Shown here: positions 52,601 to 60,780 of the stretch, in pieces | How positions within the stretch are numbered: the stretch's first letter is position 1 | Layout of the letters: each line of letters starts with the position of its first letter | Assembly (NCBI RefSeq): GCF_006345805.1 | Contig: NC_043010.1 | Coordinates: forward strand, 15,810,001 to 15,874,000 | Direction: 5' to 3' | Length of the DNA stretch: 64,000 bases | Source of the DNA: Octopus sinensis | Lineage: Eukaryota | Translations under genes and position numbers: made by a program | Notes under the pieces: model-generated | Databases searched by the model: none | What the model was told of the DNA's origin: nothing | Seen by the model: only the letters and a program-made list of their open reading frames with translations

Positions 52601-55600
52601 AAAAACCATGATAAACAAAACTCATAAAAGCATATAACGATAAAATCTCCCTTTGCTAAACCCTATAACAAACTTATATAGCAATCCCCCTAACCTAAAC
52701 ATTCACACACAAATACACACACGTAAACCACAGACCCAAGACTTATACACAAACCTATACTAACTTATAAACCTCAAAATACACCAAAACCCACTCCCTC
52801 CCCACACAGACAAATTAACACATACATCCCAAAACCTAAATAACAAACCCAAATACACATTCACACACAAACACACACACACCACACGCAAAACACACAC
52901 CACAACAGATACATATACTCCCTCACATATACGCATATACATACTCACTAAACTCGATATATACAACAATATTTACACACCCACACTCATACAGATAAAT
53001 AAATTAATTATAAAACTAAAAACTCACAACCATCTCATATACATAAACACTCCTATGAAAACAACATTAAATACATCGTAATTAACCAGAATATCAAAAA
53101 TAACATATGACATAAGGATAAATCAAATACATACTTACAATTCAGTTACAAATTATGAAGTGAAATTAAATTCTTAGCCGTTAAAAAAACCAAACAAAAA
53201 TTACGTTACCATAGAAATAACTTATGTAAAAAAAGAATACGCGCCATAGAAAGTAAACGTCATTCAAAATATGAATGGAGAAATATAATAAATGGAACTA
53301 AAAACTATATCCACGTAGCAAACCAACGCTACTTAAAAAAATTTATTATGAATGGATTCTTTAAAAACTACCATGAAATCATTATATACATTTATGAGCT
53401 TTAGCTCACCCTAGCAGCTCTAACAAACAACTTACAGTAACCCATAACTATTCTCGATGCATACCTCACTACCACACTAATCCATTCACAATTCCAAGCA
53501 ACGCTAGTCCACCACCCGGTTACAATTCCCAACTCCACCCATTCATTCACAATTTAAACGACGTTCCCTTCCACAATGCTACATATAAGCCTCAACATAT
53601 ACACCGGAGATACACTTACACATCCGTGCGGATGGGTGAGAGTATACATTAAGTGTAGTGATGGGGCTCCCATTTCTAAACAATTAGTACCTGTGTGGTA
53701 GTCTCCATGTGTATATTCACGCACGGGTATAAATGCAGGGGGTACACGCTCACTTCATTTGCGTGTACCCCTCACATGTACATATGCATACTATTTTGGC
53801 TCGATATATGCAACAATGTAATCGCGCCCGTGTGTGTGGCATCACTGGTTGTGCAATTCACCCATCTGGGTGTGAGTGGGTGTAAACGTATCGCTGTGGA
53901 GGTCGAGCTTGATACGTATATATTAGTGTGTATTAGGGGTTGTACGTACTAATTATGTGCATGTGCTTCACGCACTTGCGTCCATGTATGGATGAATATA
54001 TTGGGATTACTATGTGGGTGTAAATAGGGTATGGGGGGGAGTTTTGTCATTGTATGGGTGTGGGTTTCATTTGTGATGGTGGTTAGTTGGTGATTATTAG
54101 TATGTTCTGTATATTTGGGTTAGTTATGTATTATTCTAGTGTGTATAATTGTATACATATAATTGGTGTGAATGGGATTACTCCCATTTTTGGGGATGTA
54201 TGTGTTTATTTATCCATGTGGGGCGGGAGTGGCCGTTAGGTGCATATGCTGAGGCTCGTGGTAATTTGTCTATATTTTCGATATGGATTATATATAGGTT
54301 ATATATGGATTATATACTTATATTTTTTCATTTATACTTTAATTATTTAAATTATTATTTTATATTTTAAAATTTTGATTTTTTAGATTGGAAGTCCACC
54401 TGAAGATTGTCGATCAGACAAGAAACGATTGTAGTGGCGGTTTTTTTGACTATTTATTAAAATTTTATGTATTGATTAAGTCTTTCCTTGTTTGTTTTGC
54501 AAAATAGTGGTTTTGTCTCTAATAATATTTTATATATATATATATATATATATACAGGAGTGGCTGTGAGGTAAGTAGCTTGTTTACCAACCACATGGTT
54601 CCGGGTTCAGTCCCACTGCGTGGCACCTTGGGCAAGTGTCTTCTACTATAGCCTCGGGCCGACCAAAGCCTTGTGAGTGAATTTGGTAGACGGAAACTGA
54701 AAGAAGCCTGTCGTATATATGTATATATATATGTGTGCATGTATGTTTGTGTGTCTGTGTTTGTCCCCCCCCCCCCCCAACATCACTTGACAACTGATGC
54801 TGGTGTGTTTACATCCCCATAACTTAGCGGTTCGGCAAAAAAGAGACCGATAAAATAAGTACTGGGCTTACAAAGAATAAGTCCCGTGGTCAAGTTGCTC
54901 GACTAAAAGACGGTGCTCCAGCATGGCCACAGTCAAATGACTGAAACAAGTAAAAGAGTAAGAGTATATAGTGAGTGGTAGGTAGAGGAGGAGTACAGTG
55001 GGAGCAGGTGACAGCCAAGAAGGTTTGAGGAGGAGGAGGAGGAGGTGAAATCGAGATGTTGTTGTAGCGTATTTATTGTTCCTTTACTTTTAGGCTCAGC
55101 AAGAAGTGACAGTTCTAAAGTGGGTCAACAACGATTGGCTTTGGGGAAGGATAGGTGACAAAACCGGAAATCTGCCAGCTAATTTCGTGGACTTTGTTGC
55201 AGACAACAGTTTTGAGGAAAACCTAGAACCCATTGATAACCTAGAACCCATTGAGCCCTTAATGAATCCACCAGCCCCTTCAACTGATACGGTTAGTATA
55301 TTATCTCAGTTTTAATCCTTATTTCTGTATAACTGTGTGTACATGTCAGAACAGCTGCTAAATAAATCATCAGATATAGAATACAGAATTACTCATCAAT
55401 TTGATTAGTTTTAATCCACCACCAAGTCATTTTCTCTCTCTCTCTCTCCCTCTCTCTCTCTCTCTATCTATCTATCTCTCTCCCTCTCTCTATCTCTCTC
55501 TAATTTGTTTTCTGCTTAACTGTGTCACTTTTGGCGTTGTTTGTGTCCAGATGGCCAGGCAAGAATCCATTTCATCTCATTCTTCAGATAAAACATTTAA

Positions 55601-55613
55601 TTCAACTTTGAGG
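22532..55613 (+). CDS. Multi-exon gene (11 supported exons, ~1430 aa, partial): proline-rich region plus two SH3 domains, SH3D19/Eve-1-like adaptor
   Basis: All exon boundaries are AG/GT and splice phases chain without a stop (1-2-1-1-1-2-1-0-0-0-0-0). Two SH3 domains are assembled across introns. The motif KRPTIIRP recalls KPTVIRIP of human SH3D19 (from memory). Orthology not tested. Confidence 0.85.
23280..24765 (-). mobile_element. Decayed Tc1/mariner maT (DD37D-like) transposon, interrupted by the 18S fragment
   Basis: Minus-strand peptides YSYKMRK, NKNFCQDQINPQHHRWLAVSPKDMPRVMQKKFPVTIMIFGVVSSE, YMWQQDSAPCHTS and WTPNLPDCKPFD, with frameshifts; ends approximate. Confidence 0.75.
23925..24277 (+). 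pseudogene. 18S rRNA gene fragment (conserved GTGCCAGCAGCCGCGGTAA region into GC-rich V4)
   Basis: aagtctggtgccagcagccacggtaattccagctcc (23972-24007) then gcgtatattaaa.ttgttgcg match the universal 18S block with substitutions; only ~350 bp; right end approximate. Confidence 0.85.
25018..25988 (+). CDS. Exon, Pro/Ser/Asn-rich (KPGKPPVPVCPPRPK...DFP)
   Basis: Acceptor tttttctttttgcag; open frame continuous with ORF 25226..26026; donor GTAATG, phase 1. Confidence 0.9.
26054..26465 (-). mobile_element. Family E MITE
   Basis: TIRs; perfect TSD ATAATTTA. Confidence 0.92.
26650..27213 (+). mobile_element. RTE LINE 3' end: RT C-terminus plus 3'UTR and (GAT)n tail (family C)
   Basis: GVQERRLHWYDHVMRMDEDSCVK...GTCGRGKPRK followed by the family C UTR. 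Confidence 0.85.
27231..27960 (+). mobile_element. Mariner 5' fragment (HTH start), split by a LINE insertion
   Basis: MDRKLEQSTNMKFCIKLRKFATETLNVLWQAYSNEPMGR ... SLEDGEQFGRP...NVDKIHQL. Confidence 0.8.
27544..27818 (-). mobile_element. CR1/L2-like LINE 3' end with (TAAAT)n tail
   Basis: AFSIRVADPWNKLPDEIVKMPTTAQFKVSLDQKW (ORF 27651..27866). Confidence 0.8.
29129..29803 (+). CDS. Exon, Pro-rich (VPTPRLK...KRPTIIRP...RPLPRPPPPIPK...LGLT)
   Basis: Acceptor catttcag inside ORF 29107..29910; donor GTAGAG, phase 1. Confidence 0.9.
29857..29928. repeat. ~3.5 x 20-bp tandem repeat (ccatgtcatactgatttgtt)
   Basis: Direct inspection. Confidence 0.9.
30041..30347 (-). mobile_element. SINE family D
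   Basis: 12-bp TSD AAAATTCACCTT. Confidence 0.9.
30715..31733 (-). mobile_element. piggyBac deletion derivative retaining the acidic transposase N-terminus
   Basis: TTAA on both sides; TIRs cccattcgttac / gtaacgaaaggg; ORF 31135..31350 ends ...ETGPSHKLSQRSKALDYFFLLFE, typical of piggyBac N-termini. Confidence 0.8.
31998..32469. mobile_element. Two adjacent family F MITEs
   Basis: Near-identical 220-bp units each ending aaagggTTAA. Confidence 0.85.
32880..34370 (+). CDS. Large exon (1491 nt), Pro-rich then acidic/low complexity
   Basis: Poly-T acceptor; ORF 32843..34402; donor GTAAGA, phase 1. Confidence 0.92.
34675..34762 (+). CDS. Exon (PEIKIKLKPKPQRPPSLPSSLCCTSVKA)
   Basis: Acceptor ctctccctcgatag, donor GTAAGA; phases fit both neighbours. 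Confidence 0.8.
34860..35136. repeat. Loopless palindrome, ~130-bp arms, centre 35009/35010
   Basis: ...ttttgactctct|agagagtcaaaa...; arms pair out to tatattctgttgtg / cacaacagaatat with one ~20-nt bulge. Confidence 0.93.
37093..37169 (+). CDS. Exon (LKQDTQLPNVATGEVSAQTDKMSVV)
   Basis: Acceptor ctttcattccag, donor GTGCGT; phase 2 in, phase 1 out. Confidence 0.75.
38044..38530 (+). mobile_element. 5'-truncated RTE-clade LINE inserted in the hAT element
   Basis: PILLYGSETWTL...RRVQFAGHCRR...GRTLSYPD...WR; (TGA)n tail; 9-bp TSD TGGGATTAA. Confidence 0.9.
38713..38868. repeat. 3 x 52-bp tandem repeat in the hAT subterminal region
   Basis: actcagtagagttaagtgggtcgtcataaactggtgtgataaatagtgggtc at 38713, 38765, 38817. 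Confidence 0.95.
39090..39494 (-). mobile_element. Family E MITE
   Basis: TIRs; perfect TSD GGACATTT. Confidence 0.92.
39595..39704 (+). CDS. Exon ending in N-half of SH3 #1 (PCAVAEFNFEAQEPDELSLK)
   Basis: Acceptor cctatag, donor GTAAGT; resembles the SH3 ALYDY...ELSF pattern. Confidence 0.9.
40337..41910 (+). mobile_element. R4/Dong-like non-LTR 3' part: Zn finger plus RLE remnant, then probable long 3'UTR ending (AAT)n
   Basis: AAQDQYLPT...CRTC...YIHWVIC...ANRPDIIL...LSKYKDLEIEI...IPVVIGTLGM; link to the 41330-41910 tail is inferred. Confidence 0.7.
43111..43230 (+). CDS. Exon, C-half of SH3 #1 (KGDRVRLLTWVDSSWLYGTCNGFSGIFPKGFVKII)
   Basis: SH3 Trp and G-x-F-P motifs; acceptor atacag, donor GTAAGT, phase 0. 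Confidence 0.92.
43310..43650. repeat. Compound (CA/CT) microsatellite
   Basis: Direct inspection. Confidence 0.95.
44231..44643 (-). mobile_element. Mariner 3' fragment with TIR
   Basis: Minus strand PELANRRGIIFQHDNARPH...ELGWQVMSYPLYSPGLAPSD; end TAttgggttggcaa. Confidence 0.85.
44822..45234 (+). mobile_element. Family E MITE inserted in a family G MITE
   Basis: TIRs; TSD CAAAAAGA/CAAAAAGG. Confidence 0.9.
46198..46634 (+). mobile_element. Family E MITE
   Basis: TIRs; degenerate TSD AGTAGATT/TGTAGATC. Confidence 0.9.
47010..48355 (+). mobile_element. RTE LINE 3' end (family C) interrupted by a 430-bp templated insert
   Basis: MLHDCETWTV...RRLRWYGHVMHMDKDSCVKKC; UTR resumes at ~47829. 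Confidence 0.85.
49718..50128 (+). CDS. Exon: acidic linker plus N-half of SH3 #2 (AITLYDFEGEEGELSFK)
   Basis: Within ORF 49706..50194; acceptor attaaag, donor GTGAGT, phase 0. Confidence 0.9.
51777..51819 (-). ncRNA. Minimal type I hammerhead ribozyme (second copy)
   Basis: Reverse complement reads CCAC-CTGAAGA-TTGTC(GATCAA)GACAA-GAAAC(GATT)GT-A-GTGG. Confidence 0.85.
54396..54437 (+). ncRNA. Minimal type I hammerhead ribozyme
   Basis: CCAC-CTGAAGA-TTGTC(GATCA)GACAA-GAAAC(GATT)GT-A-GTGG: all core nucleotides present, stems I/II/III pair, predicted GUA cleavage after 54433. Confidence 0.85.
55094..55291 (+). CDS. Exon, C-half of SH3 #2 (AQQEVTVLKWVNNDWLWGRIGDKTGNLPANFVDFV) plus NLEPI duplicated motif
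   Basis: Acceptor cctttacttttag, donor GTTAGT; SH3 Trp and P-x-N-F-V motifs. Confidence 0.92.
55551..55613 (+). CDS. Probable exon (MARQESISSHSSDKTFNSTLR)
   Basis: Acceptor ttgtgtccag, donor GTTCGT, phase 0/0; no domain support. Confidence 0.55.
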
Positions 55614-56126
55614 GTTCGTTCCTCAAAGACAGTGCTATCATGGTTTGGGCCAGGATAGCTAAAACTAACTAAAACATTAAATATATGTCACTTTCTCAAA
55701 AGTATTAATCTGATGTCAAACAAATTATTGCTACTTTAATTTTAATTAGTATTTTTATATCAAAATGTTACATATCTATCTATCTATATATTATAAATTA
55801 AATTAGAGATAAAACCACTATTAGGCAACTCAAACAGTGATAGACATAAATCAAAACATAAAAAACAAAAAATAAATATAATTAATATATGTAATATATA
55901 TATATAAAATTTTAAATTTAAATTATTTAAATTTTAAATTTTTAAATTAAAAAAAAATTTTTTTTAACTAACCAAAAAGTATAAAAAAGTTATAGAAAAA
56001 TATAAAAGATAATTTTTCAAGCAGATTATTTCTCTAAAGTAGCTATTTAGGATTTAAAATAACTGTTAAATTGGATCAAATAAGGCAACTCCTTTTCTAA
56101 AATCAATATTGGCTGAGAGAGAGAGA

Positions 56127-56165
<39 letters not shown>

Positions 56166-56649
56166 TAACCCAAACAATGTAAACAGTAAAAAGCAATTTT
56201 TTATTTTGCAATGCCCCTTTTTAAACCACAACTGAGAAACAGAAACCATCCCTAAACTAAAAAAACACAGCAAAACAAATCTCTAGAACAGCGTAATCCA
56301 AGGTAAGGATATTTATCATCTTCAAGCTTGTCTATGAAATATTTTGGCTCCCTAGTATGGTGAAAAACAAGCTGTAGAAGTTGCTTAATGTAGAGGAGCA
56401 ACACTTAGAAGCTTTATTCAAATCTACCCATATTCAATGCTTCAAAGCTTCTGAATACACCCTTCTCTCCTTAAATCAACACTTAACAAAAATTTACAAA
56501 AATTTTGGTAGGCTATATTTATTGTATCTGCTCAAATATATTTCTTCTGGATATGACATTGAACTGCCTCCAGTAGCGAGGCTCCAGTTCAGGAGTTGTG
56601 GGGAGCATGGAGTCACCTCTTAATTACCGTTATTCCCAAGTTCATTCCG

Positions 56650-56965
56650 TCATGTTATGGTCCCATTTATGGGTTAAATATGTTTCCTTATTAGCCACAC
56701 AGGGCTGCACACAGACGGGACAGATTACAAAGTAGAGCTTTTCTTTTTTGGGGGAAGGAAAAAAAAAGGTGGAGGTAGGTATTCGATCAAAAGGGATTGT
56801 AAAAGGGAAAGAAGAAGAAAAGAAAAAAAGGAAAAGAAACAAAAGAAAAAAATGATCAATAGGGATCGTGTATCACAGTGTCATGATGTAAGGTGTAAAG
56901 GGGGAAGCAGATAAGGTTTATCTGTGGAAGAAAAGCCTACGGAAAAGACCACGGTAACCTCAGTC
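56650..56965 (-). mobile_element. LINE-like 3'UTR fragment
   Basis: Pyrimidine-rich UTR ending ctgtcccgtctgtgtgcagccctgtgtggctaataaggaaac; clade not determined. Confidence 0.5.
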
Positions 56966-57849
56966 AATATTGTTACATGTTACCATATTTGTTTGCAAGT
57001 AGGTGGTAACCCTCTGTTTTAAATTTCTGGGTTCATAGGATTATGCTCAAGGTGGCTTCATCATTCATACGTGCCATCCTTGCTACATTCACCCATCTTT
57101 TTTTGAAACAATCGCTGGGTTAAATAGATAGTTGTAAGAGTAGATTAAGGCCCTTAACTGTTATGAAAGCAATCAATCTACAAGTAAAAACTCCAAAATG
57201 AATAGCCTCTTTCAACATGCCCGAAGCTAGCCTGGATGAATATGGCTGATGAAATTAACATGAAATATGTCCAGTAACAGATTCATAGTATGGAGATAAC
57301 CATCTCCTGTTGGTGCACATTCTGCTTCCAGTTAGAGATAGAGGGAAGTGAGGATTTAAATATAAGACAAGGTTGTTTATTTTGATCTTTTTATTTTAAA
57401 TTGTACCATGGCGGTCCCCCAGCATGGCCACAGCTCGTGAGCTGAAACTAGATAAAATAAAATAAATAAAATAAAATATATGAGAAAGACATTCACTTTA
57501 TAATCACTTAAAATTTCTGGTAAAATTTGTGAATCTGAAAAAATTATATATAAGGTTCTTAGTTTTCTAAGTAGGAATGATTTAAAAAATGAAAAAAGGT
57601 TTAGCCTTATACTTTACATATAATAATAAGATCTAAGTGGGTCTCGGCGAATAGGTACTTATGCACATTGTTTGCCTTTCAGACATTCTGTGTAGAATAG
57701 ATTGTGGGTTATCTTGCCTTTTATACTATTAAACATCTTAGATGTTGCCCATGGAAGGAATTTGGTGAATTTGAATTTAATGTTGCATTGGTTCAAATCT
57801 ATTGAAGGCATGTTGTGTGTTTATGGATAGGGTTGCTGTTTATTTTGTG

Positions 57850-58277
57850 GGATCTTTTTGGTTTGGACGGCAGCTTTTTCTAGCGTTGTCATATGAAATG
57901 TCACCCATAATTATGACCCTAGTATCGATCTATTGCATTTCAATCTGTTTTAGGGTTAGATTTAGTTAGGGTTAGGAGTGGGGGGAAGGGTATCTTTTTT
58001 TCTTCACAAATGTAAATAAACCCAATCTGTTTCTTAAATGAGGAACATATTCATACGGCACATAATGTTATTTACCTCAGTAGATGTCATTGATTGGTTG
58101 AAATTGCAGAAATTGAAGAAAAAAAAACAACAAATATTTTACAAACTCTAGAATTTCCTCAATAAAGCCAAGAGAAAAAGATGTTTTATAAACACATTCC
58201 ACCAGTATACGAAGTTTAAAATTTTTTTAGTTACCTAGAAATTATGTTAAAAACTGCCGTTCAAACCGAAAAGATCC
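57850..58277 (+). mobile_element. Family E MITE
   Basis: TIRs and internal sequence match; no clean TSD. Confidence 0.88.
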
Positions 58278-59563
58278 GTTTGTCTGTTATACCATGTTTT
58301 ACAACCACATCTTAACAGTGGTCACTGTATTTCTTTGCCTTACAATTTTGTTAACTGAGGGATTGAAAGTTAAGGAGTTTTATTAATTATTGCAGTACTT
58401 ATGGCAAAATATCTAACAACAGTAACCCAGGCTGAGACCATACTGCCCCATTTTTGACCCATCAGAATCAGTCTCTTCACTTTTCTTTATAAATTCTATG
58501 CTAAATTATTAGTTACGGTAAACTCCCAGCTTCAAAATCTGATGCTAGAAAAGTATAAAGAAATTGCACCATTGCGAAGGGATGGCACGATATGTTTGGA
58601 AAAGAGAAATAAATTAATCATTTTGCAAACAATACGAGCTCCGATATAAACTTAGAGATACTCAGCCTCACTAGTAACAGTGATGATGCACAAAGCCTCC
58701 ACTACTAAACAGGGATTTAAACAGCTACCTGCTTCAGAACTAATTCATGCTTTTTATCATTCAGTACTTACCATTATGTACTATAGTAATTTTTGTATTT
58801 TACAGACAAGAAAGTAAAATTTGAATACAGTGTGAAAATAGTAAAATGATTGGGTGGCGAGCTGGCTAAGGCGGTGAGCTGGCAGAAACGTTAGCACGCC
58901 TGGCGAAATGCGTAGCCGTATTTCGTCTGTCGCTACGTTGTGAGTTCAAATTCCGCCGAGGTCGACTTTGCCTTTCATCCTTTCAGGGTCGATAAATTAA
59001 GTACCAGTTATGCACTGGAGTCTATGTAATCGACTTAATACCTATGTCTGTCCTTGTTTGTCCCCTCTATGTTTAGCCCCTTGTGGGTAATATAGAAATA
59101 GGTATTTACCGTTATAAGTTGCCAGCAGACGGGCAACTTTTTTCCGTCTTATAAGGGTAAATACCCAATCTTATTGCTGTTTTCGCAGTTATACTGCATT
59201 TGAAATTTACTTTCTTCTCTGTAAAATACCAAACATATTTGACGCTTCCAAAATTTGTTGGTAATTTTTTGTATTTTATCAGCAGGAAGTGAATAACTAT
59301 GTACCCTTGTACTGAGGAAGGAGCATAGTCTAACATCTTCGTAATGTTAATTAGTGACATGATTTGACTTTCTCCTTTAAATTTTATTTTATACATTGTT
59401 TTATATAATTAGAAATATTAGTAATATAAAAATTGATGATTGAAGTACCTTGTCTGTTTGGTTCTTCACTGAAACAATTTTCATTTCCTGCAGTTAAAAT
59501 ATCTAATTGCTTGTTTGCATTAACCGTTTGTTATTTTTCATTATCATGATGATTTCAATGCCT

Positions 59564-59982
59564 GGATCTTTTCGGTTTGAACGACAGTTTTTTCTAGCGG
59601 TGTCATATGAAATTGTCACCCATATTATGACCCTAGAATCGATCTATTGCATTTCAATCTGTTTTTGGGTTAGGGTTAGGGGTGGGGGAAAGAGTATCAT
59701 ATTTTTCTTCAGAAATGTAAATAAACCCAATCTGTTTCTTAAATGAGGGACATATTCATACGGTACAGAACGTTTTTTACCTCAATGGACGTCATTGATT
59801 GGTTGAAATTGCAAAAATTGAAGAAAAAAACCCAACAAATATCTTACAAACTCTAGAATTTTCTCAATAAAGCCAAGAGAAAAAGATGTTTTATAAACAC
59901 ATTCTACCAGTATACGAAGTTCAAAAGTGTTTAGTTACGTGGAAAATATTTTTAAAAACTGCCATTCAAACCGAAAAGATCC
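59564..59982 (+). mobile_element. Family E MITE
   Basis: TIRs; degenerate TSD CAATGCCT/CAATGTTT. Confidence 0.88.
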
Positions 59983-60566
59983 CAATGTTTTCCTTTTTTT
60001 AATGAAATATTTTTTCATCTTTTTATTTTAACATTTTTTGTTTTCTTTTATTTCTTACTTTTTGTCTTTTTTTGGTGAGAGAGGGTTTTCTGTTTTTGTT
60101 AGCTTGCTTCATTGCTTGTTAATCACACACACATCTGTTTGCTTTGCCATGTTATATTTTGTCTTCTTCCTCTGTTTTTAATTACCCTTAGTGGTAATTA
60201 AAAAAAATTGGGTTTTTTTTGTATTCTTTTCCTATTTTGATGTGTTATTGTCTTGCTTCCTTTACATGCCATTGTTATGTTATATGCTGTTTACAATGTG
60301 ATAGTATGTCTTTTATCGAATTATTGTCCATTATTGAATCTGTTACTGTATGCCATTATCTCCTGTGTCACTGGTTGTGTTATAACATGCCAATGTTTAT
60401 GGAAGATGTCGTTGGCAGACACAGCTTTCTGCTTTCTAATATGTTACAGCATGCTATCTTTTACATTGTGATTTTAACTGCTATGTCAGCTTATGTGTTA
60501 TCGCTTCCTGTAAACATTTCACATTGTTATAGCTTTTTAACACTTTATGTTAACTGACTGTGGAAT

Positions 60567-60780
60567 GAGTATTTGAGGAATGGCAACAGAGGAGGAATCT
60601 CAGTGTTGTAATTGTGATACAGCATGGATTTTTGGTTGAGTATTTGAGGAATGGCAACAGAGGTGGAATATCAATGTTGTAATTGTGATACAGCATGGAT
60701 TTTTGGTTGAGTGTTTGAGGAATGGCAACAGAGGAGGAATGGCAATGTTGTAATTGTGATACAGCATGGATTTTTGGTTG
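60567..60780. repeat. 3 x 71-bp minisatellite
   Basis: Units start at 60567, 60638, 60709. Confidence 0.95.

Larger units (their letters stand above)
51571..54554. mobile_element. Penelope-like head-to-head element with ~280 bp inverted repeats (51678-51959 / 54256-54532), flanked by (TA)n
   Basis: Arms are reverse complements and each holds a hammerhead motif; internal tandem duplications; C/A-to-G/T skew flips at ~53625. No RT ORF seen, so the class is inferred. Confidence 0.7.

Noticed and set aside
57683-59525. Possible further exons after 55613 (acceptors near 57682, 58805, 59493)
   Set aside because: In-frame stops within a few codons and no SH3-like sequence; the gene's 3' end is left unresolved.
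60567-60780. Regularly spaced repeats suggesting a CRISPR array (also 38713-38868, 29857-29928)
   Set aside because: Units are contiguous with no unique spacers, there are no cas genes, and the context is eukaryotic: these are minisatellites.
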